Positions 1 to 12,791 of a stretch of 64,000 nt of DNA are shown here, one piece after another (position 1 is the first letter of the stretch; each line of letters starts with the position of its first letter). This DNA is from Chiloscyllium plagiosum (Eukaryota). The notes under the pieces are model-generated. The model ran no database searches, was not told where the DNA came from, and was given only the letters and a program-made list of their open reading frames with translations. The stretch covers positions 21,772,576-21,836,575 of the forward strand of contig NC_057719.1 in the NCBI RefSeq assembly GCF_004010195.1, read 5' to 3'. The position numbers and the translations under genes are program-made.

Positions 1-265
1 CTTTTACTATCCTCCTTTATATTATTGGCCAGTTTACCTTCGTACCTCATTTTTTCTCTGCGTATTTCCTTCTTAGTAATCCTCTGTTGTTCTTTAAAAG
101 CTTCCCAGTCCTCCATTTTCCCACTTATCTTTGCTATGTTATACTTTTGCTCTTTTAACTTTATATGTTTCTTAACTTCCCTCGTCAGCCACGACCACCC
201 ATGCCTCCTCATAGGATCTTTCTTCCTTTTTGGAATGAACTGACCTGCAACTTCTGCATTATACA
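1..265 (-). mobile_element. CR1-clade LINE ORF2 fragment (linker between endonuclease and RT), runs off the window start
   Basis: Minus strand reads QFIPKRKKDPMRRHGWSWLTREVKKHIKLKEQKYNIAKISGKMEDWEAFKEQQRITKKEIRREKMRYEGKLANNI, typical of the CR1 ORF2 linker and similar to the ORF at 4269-4631. Confidence 0.85.
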
Positions 266-1084
266 CACTCTGAGGTGAAAGATGTCAGGTCTTGAAGAAT
301 GGAATCCTTCTCTATGTCTTGTGTTTCTGAGAATCTGCAAGAAGGCTTTGACTAGTCTCAGTGCACCGTTCTGTATCCTCAATATATTGATCTCACCAGA
401 CTGTGTGTGAAATTCTGTGGAGATCCTGCAGCATACATGACTCAGACATTTCCAAGACCATCAGGTTCCACCTTCCTTCCTACTTACCACTAGATTCTGT
501 AAATAACAGCAAGCACTTCTTTCAGGAGGTTCTCCAGTTCACCCCATCCCCAGCACACCAAGAAAGCCTTGAGGAAACTTTTCATAAATCATTACCTGTA
601 TAATGAGTGGTTGGAGGACCTTAGAGCACAATTGCACTAGAATTTGAGAGACAGTACTTGCCTATTTCTTAACACTCTCAGAGCTTTCAGATATAAAGTG
701 CACTTGCCTCAACAATGTGCACTAATGCTCATGTTCAATAAGTGCCTTCTGTTGTACCAAGCTGCATTAACAAACGAAACATCACAGAACTGTCTATGAG
801 CCAGTTGATAAATTGCTCTGAGCAGTTGAACAATATAAAGCAGACGTTTCCATATTTTGTCCCCAGTCTGTGCTTCTCTGAGCCAGGGTGGCAAGAAGCA
901 ATACCGGACAGGATCTTTGACCAGGTTTTTCGCTCCCTCAACGATGACTGCAGGGAAAGTAAGCTGGGAGCAGGATTGAGCTCCATTGTTGAAACTGTTT
1001 AAAAACAGCTTCACCACTCTCTTAATGACTTGGCTTACAGTTGAAGGTTAGCTACTTTCATGTTTAAAATCTGTGATGGGTTGC

Positions 1085-1210
1085 CAGTGTCACTGATCAG
1101 GCCAGCATTTGTTGCTGTCACTTAGTTTCCCATGAGCAGTTGATGTTGAGCTATCATCTTGAACTATTGCAGTCTTAACCAGTGTAGATGCACCCACAGC
1201 ATCAGTGCTT
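1085..1210 (-). mobile_element. Decayed 3' tail of an L2/CR1-type LINE
   Basis: ggccagcatttgttgc...cttgaactattgcagtc...cacccacagc resembles the tail seen at 17.2 kb and 23.1 kb. Confidence 0.5.
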
Positions 1211-2493
1211 TTATGCAGTGAAGGTCATAAAGCTCCCGGTCAGGATGGTTGGTGAACACTTATATTCTCTAACATCCGTCACCCTCACTCTCTAAAAACA
1301 ACTATCTTCCTTTGTGCTATTTCTGTCTCCAATCAGTGGAGATACCTTTTGTTCTCAATTGTGCCAATGTCTCCTTGCTGGCATGAAGTGCTGACTAGAT
1401 GTCAAAGGTAGTTACTCTCACTTGCTTCTGGAAATCAGCTTTTTTTAATAATGTGCATGAGGTATTGAAGGTGACTTTGAGACATGGGAGATGACTTTTA
1501 CATTGGCATGACCAAACACCCAACTTTTCAGTATGGTTTTAACTGAGCTTTGTGCTATTTCCTGACCGTGATCATGCACAAACCATTTACAAAGAAGATC
1601 ATCCATATTCCTATTTATGGTCGGGATTGTTTGATCCAGGTTCTTGATCCAGAATCTATCTCATTAGGATTACAGCCTCATTCCTGGAAGATGATGAGTT
1701 ACGATCTTCTAACTGATGACGGAGAAGTCTACAATAAACACTGTTTCATTCCTGATAGCAAACTATGCTTGATTTACTTTGTAGCATTGCTGAGACGTTT
1801 AATTTATATTGTGAGGAGACCACAGGCTATTATGTTAAGTGGTATTTATGAGCTGGCATAGGAAAAAAATGACACAAATTTGCCTCACTGCCCTTTTATG
1901 GATCGTTATTCAAACAAACGCAGAAGAAAAGATCACTTAAGGAGACGGTTGCTCTTCAGAATGCTGGTTTATAAGTTCTCTTTTATTTATGTAGCTCCAT
2001 GCTTGATTCAGACTCATAATGGCAGAGTGCTAAGTGAGCGGAGAATTTGTTTCAATGGCAGCATGAGACTTGTTCCATCCATAACGTAGTCAGTGAAGAG
2101 TGGCTGACAAAAATTCATTTTGTTTGCCAAAAATCTGTCATTTACAGTGATTTTCTTCTGAGTGCCTTGTTCATCTTATTTTAAAATTATGCTCTGCTCT
2201 CCTGAATTACAGACTTTATCATATAGAAACAGTACAACTGGTCAAGACCTGTTGATACAATGCATGTGCGTCCTCCTGCCTTCCTATCTCCCACAATCAA
2301 CATATACTTCTGTTCCTTCTCCTGCAGCTATTTAGCTAACTTTCCCTGAAGTACACCCCTTATTCACCTCAGATATTCTATTTGATAGTTCCATGTTTAA
2401 CAACTCTCAACAAAGCTTTTCCTGAAGTCCTTATTGAAGTTCTTATTAATTCTTCTACTTATAGCCTTAGGACTCCTACACATGTGAGCACAT

Positions 2494-4980
2494 AGTCATA
2501 GGGTCATAGAGATGTACAGCACGGAAACAGACCCTTCGTTCCAACCCATCCAGATATCCCAACACAATTTAGTACCACCTGCCAGCACTTGTCCCGTATC
2601 CTTTAAACCCTTCCTAATCATACACACATCCAAATGCCTCTTAAATGTTGCAATTGTCCTAGCATCCACCACTTCCTCTGGAAGCTCATTCCATATAAGT
2701 ACCACCCTCTGCGTAAATAAATTGCCCCTTAGGTCTCTTTTATATTTTTCCCCTCTCACCCTAAACCTATGCTCTCTAGTTCTGGACTCCCTCACCCCAG
2801 GAAAAAGACTTTGTTTATTTATCCTATCCATACCCCTCATAATTTTGTAATTTTCACCCCTCAGCACCCGATGCTCCAGAGAAAACAGCCCCAGCCTGTC
2901 CAGCCTCTCCCTATAGCTCAAATTCTCCAACCCTGGCAACATCCTTGGAAATCTTTTCTGAACCCTTTCAAGTTTGACAACATCTTTCCGATAGGAAGGA
3001 GACCAGAATTACACGCAATATTCCAACAGTGGCCTAACCAATGTCCTGTACAGTCGCAACATGACCTCCCAACACCTGTACTCAAGACTCTGATTGATAA
3101 AGGAAAGCATACCAAATGCCTTCTTCACTATCCTATCTACCTGTGACTTCACTTTCAAGGAGCTATGAACCTACACTCCAAGGTCTCTTTGTTTAGCAAC
3201 ACTCCCTAGGACCTTACCATTAAGTGTATAAGTCCTGCTAAGATTTGATTTCCCAAAATGCAGCATCTCGCATTTATCTGAATTAAACTCCATATGCCAC
3301 TTCTCAGCCCATTGGCCCATCTGATCAAGATCCTGTTGTAATCTGAGGTAATTTTCTTTGCTGTCCACTACATCTCTAATTTTGGTGTCATCTGCAAACT
3401 TACTAACTATACCTCTTATGTTCACATCCAAATCATTCATGTAAATGACGAAAAGTAAGTGGACCCAGCACCGATCCTTGTGGCACAGGCGTCCAGTCTG
3501 AAAAACAACTCTCCACACCACAATCTGTCTTCTACCTTTGAGCCAGTTCTGTATCTAAATGGCTAGTTCTCCCTTTATTCCGTGTGATCTAACCTTGCTA
3601 ATCAGTGTCCCATGGGGAACCTTGTTAAACTCCTTACTGAAGTCCATATAGATCACATCTACTGCTCTGCCCTCACCAATCTTCTTTGTTACTTCTTCAA
3701 AATCTCAATCAAGTTTGTGAGACATAATTTCCCATGCACAAAGCCAAGCTGACTATCCCTAATCAGTCCTTGCTTTTACAAATACATGTAAATCCCGTCC
3801 CTCAGGATTCCCTCCAACAAGTTGCCCACCACCGACGTCAGGCTCACTGCTCTACAGTTCCCTGGTTTGTCTTTATCACCTTTCTTAACAGTGGCACCAC
3901 GTTAGCCAACCTCCAGTCTTCTGGCACCTCACCTGTGACTATTGATGATACAAATATCTCAGCAAGTGGCCCAGCAATCACTTCCCTAGCTTCCTAAAGA
4001 ATTTTAGGGTACACCTGATCATGTCCTGGGGATTTACCCACCTCTATGCATTTCAAGACATTCAGAACTTCCTCCTCTGTACTATGGACATTTTTCAAGA
4101 TATCACCATCTATTTCCCCACACTCTATATCTTCCATGTCCTTTTCCACAGTAAATACTGATGCAAAATACTCATTTCATATCTCGCCCATTTTCTGAGG
4201 CTCGACACAAAGGCTGCCTTGCTGATCCATGAGGGGCCCTATTCTCTCCCTAGTCATCCTTTTGTCCTTTATGCATTTGTAAAAACCTTTGGATTCTCCT
4301 TAATTCTATTTGCCAAAGCTATCTCATGTCCCCTTTTTGCCCTCCTGATTTCGCTCTTAAGTATACTCCTACTTTTTTTATACTCTTCTAAGGATTCACT
4401 CGATCTATCCTGTCTATACCTTACATATTCTTCCTTCTTTTTCTTAACCAAACTCTCAATTTCTCTAGTCATCCAGCATTCCCTATACCTACCAGCCTTT
4501 CCTTTCTCCCTAACAGGAATATACTTTCTCTGGATTCTCGTTTCTGAAGGCTTCCCATTTTTCAGCTGTCCCTTTATCTGTGAACATCTTCTCCCAATCG
4601 ACTTTTGAAAGTTCTTGCCTAATACCGTCAAAATTGGCCTTTCTCCAATTTAGAACTTCAACTTTTAGATCTGGTCTATCCTTTTCCATCATTATCTTAA
4701 AACCCATAGAATTATGGTCATGGCCCCAAAGTGTTCCCCCATTGCCATCTCAGTCACCTGCCCTGCCTTATTTCCCAAGAGTAGGTCAAGTTTTGCAAAT
4801 TCTCTAGTAGGTACATCCATATACTGAATCAGAATTTTTTCTTGTGCACACTTAACAAATTCCTCTCCATCTATATCCGTAACACTATGGCAGTTCCAGT
4901 CTATGTTTGGAAATTTAAAATCCCCTACCATAGCCACCCTATTTTTCTTACAGATAACTGAGATCTCCTTACAAATCTGT
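2494..4980 (-). mobile_element. CR1/HER1-type LINE, 5'-truncated ~2.5 kb copy with frameshifted ORF2
   Basis: Successive minus-strand ORF pieces: endonuclease end (MVGDFKFPNIDW...LDLLLGN), linker, RT (SKFADDTKI) and C-terminus (LGLFSLE...WNELPEEVV). Ends in a ctatga-type tail at ~2494. Confidence 0.95.
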
Positions 4981-5104
4981 TGAACCTCATATTTCCCATT
5001 ACTTGTAACTATTGCATCCCATTGTAATTTTAAAGAGCTCTATTTTTAGATAAGTCTTGCACGCATTCTCTGTCATTTCTTAATTTCAGTCTTCCTTTTT
5101 CTCC

Positions 5105-5240
5105 AGTACTGATGACGAGTTACTAGAACTCAAAATATTAACTTTGTTGTCTTCCCCCGGATACTGCCAGAACTGCTGAGTTTTCCCAGCAATTTCTGCT
5201 TTTGTTTCAGATCTCCAGCATTCGCAGCGCTTTGTTTTAT
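5105..5240 (+). mobile_element. Penelope-type terminal-repeat fragment (family A) with decayed hammerhead core
   Basis: CTGATGA-C-GAGTT/AACTC stem-AAAA, followed by the family A body (ctgctgagttttcccagcaatttctg...ctccagcattcgcagc). Confidence 0.7.
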
Positions 5241-5605
5241 CTTTTTCTCTCTTATCTGTTCTTGGGTAGTGAGTGATACTGGCTAAATGAAAGTTTCTGC
5301 CTCCACTCTGTTTCCTTGGGGAGATGCTGCTGGACTGCCTCCATGAATCACTGAGTTTACTTATGAAGATGTTCAGTAAAAAGATCCATATTGTACTTCG
5401 CATTCATTATGTACGGGATAAGAGAAGCCCAAGGTTACTTTATCTGGAGGCTGAGCTGTCTTGCCCCTACCTAAACTCTTGCATTCTCCATTTTGTAAAA
5501 AAATTCTTTTTAGTGTTCCTGAGTAGTATCCCTCTTTGTATTTTCACACTCCTTAATGCTCTGCTAATAGTAACAACTTAAATGCTGTGCTATCCAGATT
5601 TCAGA

Positions 5606-5725
5606 GGGCCCCTCTTGTGGCTCAGGCGTAGTGACACTGTCCCTATCCCTAAACCAGGAGACCTGGGTTCAAGTCCCAACTTGATGTGTAATTACATCTC
5701 TGAATAGATTGATTCAGAAAAATCA
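5606..5725 (+). mobile_element. Short tRNA-derived SINE
   Basis: A-box-like tggctcaggcgtagtg and B-box-like gggttcaagtccc. Confidence 0.5.
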
Positions 5726-7389
5726 GTTAATCAAAAATGAAAGCAGACCCCATTCTCTCCTGACCGTCCCCCTCACTTTGAAAAAAAAAATCCAGAATTC
5801 AGCTACTTCAATGAAGTCTGGGGTTTGAATCACTCTCGGCCTACATGGCTCGACACAAACAGCCAGGATTTAACTGAACTCAAGGCAATTCAAGCTTTTA
5901 AGATATCTTTACGCTCTTGACGTCATTGCTAGGGTATTTTTTTCCTTTGCTCTTCTCGTAAATAGTACCAGGAAATAGTTACAGTGTAAAGGGTGTAAAG
6001 GTGAAAGCTAGTTCTATGCTCCAGTACATGACAAAAGGAAATGAAACACATTTGGTGTGGGTTTTATGCCATTACTTTCTAAAACATGGCATTTCTAATA
6101 AGCTGGCACCCGAGTCTCGCTATAAGCTAAACATATGCTTTGCAATGGGGAACAACCCTCACCTTCATGTTTTATTCATTTTGACTTGTCCCTGTTTTCT
6201 CTTGATTACTCCTGTTTTCTCTTGATTTCTCCTGTATTCTCATGAGCACCCACCATTGACTAAGCGTGTTGGCATCTGGCAAGCACACAGTAAGATGTCA
6301 AACCTAGCCAAAATTGGCGAGCATAACAATTGACAGCGGTTTTATCATAATTTGTCTAATTCAGGTGAGGTCAACCAAGTAGTAGCAATGTTAATTGTAT
6401 GTTTAACCCACAGTTGAATCCTGCTATTGTACAGTGAAGGCAATGCCTTCTTTCCCCATAGAATTCTGAAAACTTTGTGAAGTCAGTTGGTTTGATAATT
6501 TACACGTGAATTTGCATAAGTCAATACAAGTGCTTCAACATAAATCAACAGATTTGCAGTGCATAAGAAATCCCATGTGAAAAATGTGCACATTAACAAA
6601 AGTGCCAAACCCACTTGTAATGTTACCATTTGCTACTTTAACACACTATCCTCTTGCCCTGCCACTGAAAAGCCTTTTCTGAAAGCTGCAAATCGCATTA
6701 GCAAAGAAAGCTCTAAATTATATTTTTGTAAAGCCTGCTGTTTTGACAGCATCACTGAGTTGTGACACGGTCTGAATCTATCAACATGTAGAAGGAAAAC
6801 TTTTCTAATAAAAACAGAGTTTATAAAAGGAAAACAAGCAGTAAGCTGTTTTTCTTGTAACTGTGTCTGTGATTCCAGCTGCAGTGTAAGAATAATCTAC
6901 AGAGACATTAAGTGTCCCGTAGTCTGTATCATGCATTTGTTTGGTGAAATGAGGTTGTGAGAACTGAATAACACACAAGGTACTATTCAATGCAAAGCTA
7001 ACTTCTTACCTCATATTAAACAACTTTAGATATTAGTTATATTCATTGATGGGCAAATAGTATTTCAATTGAATTTCCCCTATCTTGATTAGCACAATCT
7101 TGGAAACCTATGGACAGCATGTGTAGCATGTTTATCAATTTTCAAAATTGATTGCAAGATTACCTTTTAGGAAATGAATTACTAGGCACCACTATCAACC
7201 CATTGTTACATTATCAAATGCTGTCTATTTAAAGAATATTAAATGCTTCATAGTAAAATAAATTGAGGGCTGCCATTTCTTAGACTTGCTTTCACTTACA
7301 TTGCTAATTATTGACTGTAACAGGAGTGGACAGTAAGCATATGTTTCCTAAACTAACCAAAAATGTAGACCAATCAGTCATAAAAGTTC

Positions 7390-7630
7390 CAAAGCAGTAT
7401 TCAAATAAGATCAGAGCTGTTCCCCCAGTGTCTTGACCAATATTATCCATCAGCCAGCACCTAACAATATCTGATCTGATAATTTATTTTATTATTATTT
7501 CTTGGAGGTCTGGCTGGCAGACTGGTTTTCGAACAAAGACAAGATTTTAGAATTAATTCAAGAGTTGTAATAAAGCTTGGAAACATTCCGAGGTTATGGA
7601 GACAATATGTAAATAGTCTTTCTTTCTGTC
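7390..7630 (+). mobile_element. Decayed Deu-domain SINE (SacSINE1-like) fragment
   Basis: cccagtgtcttgaccaatattatccatcagccagcac matches the Deu core as I recall it; similar to copies at 39.5, 54.6 and 59.6 kb. Confidence 0.55.
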
Positions 7631-8044
7631 TTCACCTCTTTCCTCCCTGTTTCTGAAACCAACTGAATAGTTATCATAGCTGTACAATACAAACTGTTAC
7701 AGATTGTCATTTTAGGTCGAGAGCCCTCTGTCTTTTAAAAACACAATTTAAAAAGGCACCACCCAAATTGATGTGAACCAGGGACCATCTGAAACAATAT
7801 GTCTTCATTTTTCATCTGCCAGAATTTCCAAATATCCTACTGAGTGAAGGGGAAGCAGCTGTTGTCTGTAGCTGAAGTCGATATCAAAAAAGCAGTTTAA
7901 AACTAAATATTTGTATTGAATTTTCGTCTGTTACCAGTTCTTTAGCATCCAGCATGTCACGATATTTTAAATCACTTCTGGGTGTTAATGTATTTTTAGA
8001 ATTGCTACTAATGAATCATAATTCTACCTGTTATTAAATAGTGA

Positions 8045-8240
8045 AATATAAGAACTAAGTGCAGAAGCAGAGCATTCTGCCCTTTGAGTTTACTCCACCA
8101 CTTAATAGGGTCATGGATGATCTATTTGTGTTTTGAATTCCACATTAATATGTACCCCTGATAACCCTTGATTTCTTGTCTAGCTAGAATATATCCACCC
8201 CATCTTTAAAAAAAAATCAACAACCCCCCCACCTTCTCCA
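8045..8240 (-). mobile_element. CR1-type LINE 3' tail fragment
   Basis: ataagaactaagtgcagaagcagagcattctgccctttgag tail similar to 32.2 kb and 62.8 kb. Confidence 0.6.
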
Positions 8241-8865
8241 TCATAAGTACTCTAGCTACAAGTCAAGGCAGAGGCTCGAAATCCCTGAAGAAAGTAACTC
8301 ACCTCCTGACTCCCCAAAGACTGATAGCTCATTGATAGCTCACTGCTTCTTTTATACATTTGTTGAGCAATGAGGCAAGTTCCTATCTCGGCAGCAGTGA
8401 CTTACCAATTATAGAGAGATGATAAATTGTTAAATGTACTATTAATGACACAACCCTCCTCATTAATATTCAAATTCCTGTCTTACCAAACAAGCTAAAG
8501 AAGTTAGATATCTTGACAAGGAAACCAGAGCAGTTACCCAGTATCTTCAGTTTGTCATTCACTCCAAAGGATATCCATGTAAAATGATGGGCACCAACAT
8601 TTCAGGGCATGCACTGAGAGCATTAACCAAAGCATCTCATAACCATGTACATTGACATCTGACCTATAACACCTCTAAGAGTCTTGATGACACATCTCTG
8701 ATCCACTTACAAAATGTCTCTGCACATCAATGCCACACCTCAGGCTACATCACAACTCTCATTGTAAAGCTGTAGCAAGGGCACTTTGTGCTCAGGGACA
8801 CAAGCCCAGCTCATGCACTGGACCAGACTGCATCTCTGTGCAGCTCATTGCAGTCATAATATTTA

Positions 8866-9040
8866 TTATGTAGAGGTGCCTGTGTTGGACTGGGATGGAT
8901 AAAGTTAAAAATCACACAAACACTCCCTTCATCAGGTCACTGTGGAGCAGGATCATAAGACACAAAGATTTATAGCAAAATATCACAGTGCCATGCAACT
9001 GATACAATATATTGAACAACCCAAATGGTTGTTAAGTTTA
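8866..9040 (-). mobile_element. Penelope terminal-repeat fragment (family C)
   Basis: gtgttggactggg...aaaaatcacacaa...ccttcatcagg...gatcataagacacaaagatttatagcaaa is homologous to 49848-50030. Confidence 0.8.
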
Positions 9041-9249
9041 TGAATGTTTATTCACTGTAAGCCTGCCTCGATGTTCACAGAATCCCTGCCTTTCAATGCT
9101 TTGTCTTTGTATGCCACAGTCAGGGATACCGGGCTCACAGTACTACTATATTGCCATGCCATTTAATGCAGACACAAAACCAGCAAGCTTGTTGTTGCCA
9201 GCAGTTGTCAATCCAATCAAACGAGACAGTCTTCAGTCAGGGGCTCCTG

Positions 9250-9960
9250 AGTCAGTAAGTCAAGGGCACCCTCCAATACTAGTCCAGGTGTGTGGGTATG
9301 GTCAGTCAGCCCCTCAGGATAATCAGAGTGAGGATGTTCTCTCCACAGGGAGTGAAGAACCAAATGTTGGGCGCCCACTACCTGTCTTGACTCATTCTGC
9401 CATATATTGTTGGCTGTTTTTATCCAGGAATGAGAGAGAGAGGACAAGTATTAACTGCAATGAAAGTGGCTGGCACTGCTGTTATTTTTGTTGTAGATGC
9501 GGAGGTGTGCCAAGCAAGTGAATAGGCGGCACAGAGGGTGTGAAGGGTTAGTGGTGCCTGGGTCAAGGTGGCTGACAGTGAGGGAAGATATTGCAGGCCA
9601 GCATGAGAGTGTTAGAGCATCAACCTAGAGTGGGATGTGCTTACAGTAGCTGCAGTAGTGTGAGTTTGAGGTATCAGGCAGAATATTGTGGCACTCATGC
9701 TGACAGGGTGGAGAAGGTCATTATTCTACTTCCTGCGGTGTGGTGCAGTCCTCCAGATGGCTGAGACTGCACTGACCTGGGTGGCAAACCTCAGACCAGG
9801 CTGGCACGGTTTGGGGTCATGATCTCCACTATCCCTCCTGGGGTTACAGGGTATCTCACAAGCGTACCACCCCATCCAGAAAAGCTCCTGATCCATGCCC
9901 TTAAAACAGGGCACCACACTTCCTTTCCCGGAAATATCAGGAACCATGCTGGGCATCTCC
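9250..9960 (-). pseudogene. Decayed Harbinger-type Myb/SANT-like accessory ORF (two segments, probable intron)
   Basis: Frameshifted peptides VPCFKGMDQEL / LDGVV / PAWSE / ATQVSAVSAIWRTAPHRRK*NNDLLH, then KTGSG / APNIWFFTPCGENILTLI, resembling Harbinger Myb/SANT (NAIF1-like) proteins. Confidence 0.55.
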
Positions 9961-10377
9961 AGACATGCAACTCTTCTCCAGGTTCCCAATGAGCTTTTAA
10001 AGATGGTGTCAGTGTCAGGGATGGAGGTCAGTTCTGGGATATCCTGGCAGTAGTGAGTTGTTCCATGAACAGTATATGGTGAGAAGGACACCACTAGGGT
10101 GGTGCAGGTGGTTCATAAAATGAGTTTGGTAAGATACAGTGGGAAAAACTTTGAAGGCTCATGGCATAAAACCCTCCAAAAAACTCAACACAACTGGCAC
10201 TTAGCCAAAAATTCATAAGATGGGACCTGAATAATCACAAGCTCAGTTCAGAGTAGTACAGCATGGCAAGGCGACAAATAGACCAATGTCCATTCCACAT
10301 TATAGCCAGGATAAGTGGCTCTCAGTGTTTGAAGATCATATTTGATTCAGTCTTACGAACTAATGACAGCTACTCGA

Positions 10378-10545
10378 ATAAAAGCAAATTACAGCAGATG
10401 CTGAAAATTGAGCTCACTTTATTTTTGGCAAAACAGTTCTGAAGAAGTCTGACTGGACTTGAGATCTTAACTCTGTTTCTCTTTCCACGGATGCTGCCAG
10501 AGCAGCTGAGTTTCTCCAGCATTCTCTGTGTTTGTGACAGATGCT
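10378..10545 (+). mobile_element. Penelope-type terminal-repeat fragment (family A), partly fold-back
   Basis: gttctgaagaagtctgactggacttgagatcttaactctg...gatgctgccagagcagctgagtttctccagca. Confidence 0.7.
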
Positions 10546-10679
10546 CGAAATGGTCCCAGAGATAAATTTGGGTTTACATGGACATATATTCAACAAGTTA
10601 TTGCTATCAGAATCCTTTCTCCTAATATAAAGTCTATTTGCAGAAAGACTAATATCCTGATCATTTCCTTACAAAAGAA

Positions 10680-11358
10680 CATCCAAAGATGTGCATGTTA
10701 GGTGGTTTGCCCATGCTAAATTGGTCATAGTACCCAGCGATGTGCAGGCTGGGTGGTTTAGCCATGGGAAATGCAGGGTTACAAGGATAGAGTGGGGCGG
10801 GGGGGTGATGGAGCTGGATGGGATGCTCTTCAGAGGGTTGGTGTGGAATTAGAGTCATAGAGATGTACAGCATGGAAACAGACCCTTCGGTCCAACCCGT
10901 TAATGCCGACCAGATATCCCAACCGAATCTAGTCCCACCTGCCAGCACTCGGCCCATATCCCTCCAAATCCTGCCTATTCATATACCCATCCAAATGCCT
11001 CTTAAATTGCACTAGCCTCCACCACATCCTCTGGCAGCTCATTCCATACACGTACCACCCTCTACATGAAAAAGTTGCCCCTTAGGTCTCTTTTATATCT
11101 TTCCCCTCACCCTAAACCTATGACCTCTTGTTCAGGACTCCCCGACCCCAGGGAAAAGACTTTGTCTATTTATCCTATCCATGCCACTCATAATTTTGTA
11201 AACCTCTATAAGGTCATCCCTCAGCCTCCGATGCTCCAGGGAAAACTGCCCCAGTCTGTTCAGCCTCTCCCTGTAGCTCAGATCCTCCAACCCTGGCAAC
11301 ATCCTAATGGATCAAATGGCCTGCTTCCAAACTGTAGGGATTCTATGATTCTATGATT
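10680..11358 (+). mobile_element. 3' part of an HE1-related V-SINE, interrupted by a LINE
   Basis: SINE tail runs 10680-10850 and resumes at 11306 (aatggatcaaatggcctgcttcc...attctatgattctatga). Confidence 0.75.
10851..11305 (-). mobile_element. CR1/HER1-type LINE 3' fragment
   Basis: Highly similar to 2500-2945. Confidence 0.9.
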
Positions 11359-12791
11359 TTATATTATTACAACTCTCAGGTCACAGACAACATAGATTGA
11401 AATAACAGTTGCTCGACTATGAATAACAGATTAAGAAAACCATGTTTGTTGATATAGTTTCACTCACTGCCCTATAGTCCACCTTATTCCCTATTTGTAG
11501 ACCTTCAATGATTTATTATACAATCATCCTGTTTATTTCTGTTCAAAATGACAAGCTTGATCTCTCAAAAGAAATATAATCAATTAGTATTCATTGTTTG
11601 CTGAATCTTTCATCCCTCTCCCTCGGTTTGGACTTTCAGCCTGTTAGATAACTCTGATTTTATTTGACAGGCGTAACATGGCATCAATATAAACTACATT
11701 TTCTCTTTAAAATAAAAGCTGCTCGATAAATCGTAATTCAATCTGCGAGATGGTGTGGAAGAATTACAAGACCCATAGTCAGAGAAAGCAAATTCTCAGG
11801 AGTGAGCTACTCACACGGCACATAATCAAGCGCTGGCTGTGAATAGTTTATTACCTCATGGCTCTGTCTGTCGAACATCAATGGGATGAAAAGTCTTACC
11901 CCACACTGTGAGATTATGATAGTTATTTCACATATGCAACAGTGTACAGCACTGAAACCTGATAGCTACAGGCAACTGCTTGTGAGGCCGACTCCCAATG
12001 TGAGATATGCTTTTATTGTGTTTGTGTGGCGTCACTTCAGACCCACAGGTTACTTTTGGTCACAATGCATTCAATAAGCACTTAATGTGTGCAATGTTAT
12101 TTGGGGTTTCAGTAAACAATACTGTCATGAAGCAAACAGTAGTGGAGTTTATTTCCTCTCTTTCTTGCTGAACAGATTCTCTCTTTTTGAACTTTGCAAA
12201 CAAGGTAACCAACAGGGATATACTAACTGGAACAACTCAATGCAGGAAATTGCGGGATTTATCAAACAGAAGTTGAGTTTGAAGAAACCTCGAATTATCA
12301 AAGAAATTTTCTACCATGCACATGTGGGCTTTTTTTTAATTAAAACCTAATCACCGGAAAATGTTGCTGCTAGGACATTAAGAGACTGGGTATAGGTCTG
12401 ACAGTTGGCATACATTCCATTCGTGAACTGTAAGTAGTAACAGGAGTTACTCGACTTGACAAATGGGTACAGCTGTTACTTTACAACCTGGGAATTTATT
12501 TTTTTTAAATAGATGGCTGTCCACGAGTTGAAAAATTTGGTTGCACATTAACTAAAATACAGATGTTACGTCTAGACAGCTTTTAAACTGTAAAAAAACC
12601 AAACAACACACATTGAACAAAATTTTATATTTTTCTTACACTCATGAAAAGATCAGTTGTCAAAGTTTATTGGAATATTTCTGTTCTAAGGATGGGTAAT
12701 GTTGGCAATGGTGAAAGGATCACATTTGACTAAGAGTAAATGTTTCTTTCCAACCACATTCCAAGTAGAAGATGTTGAAGCATCAGTTTGT

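Noticed and set aside
709..1017. Three overlapping ORFs on both strands, one ending in a PDZ-like ETV and one faintly DEP-like
   Set aside because: In-frame stop just upstream of the plus ORF, no convincing splice sites and no recognisable domain; consistent with chance.
2494..4980. Intact reverse transcriptase gene or retron-like system
   Set aside because: ORF2 is broken by multiple frameshifts and stops; it is an ordinary dead CR1 copy.
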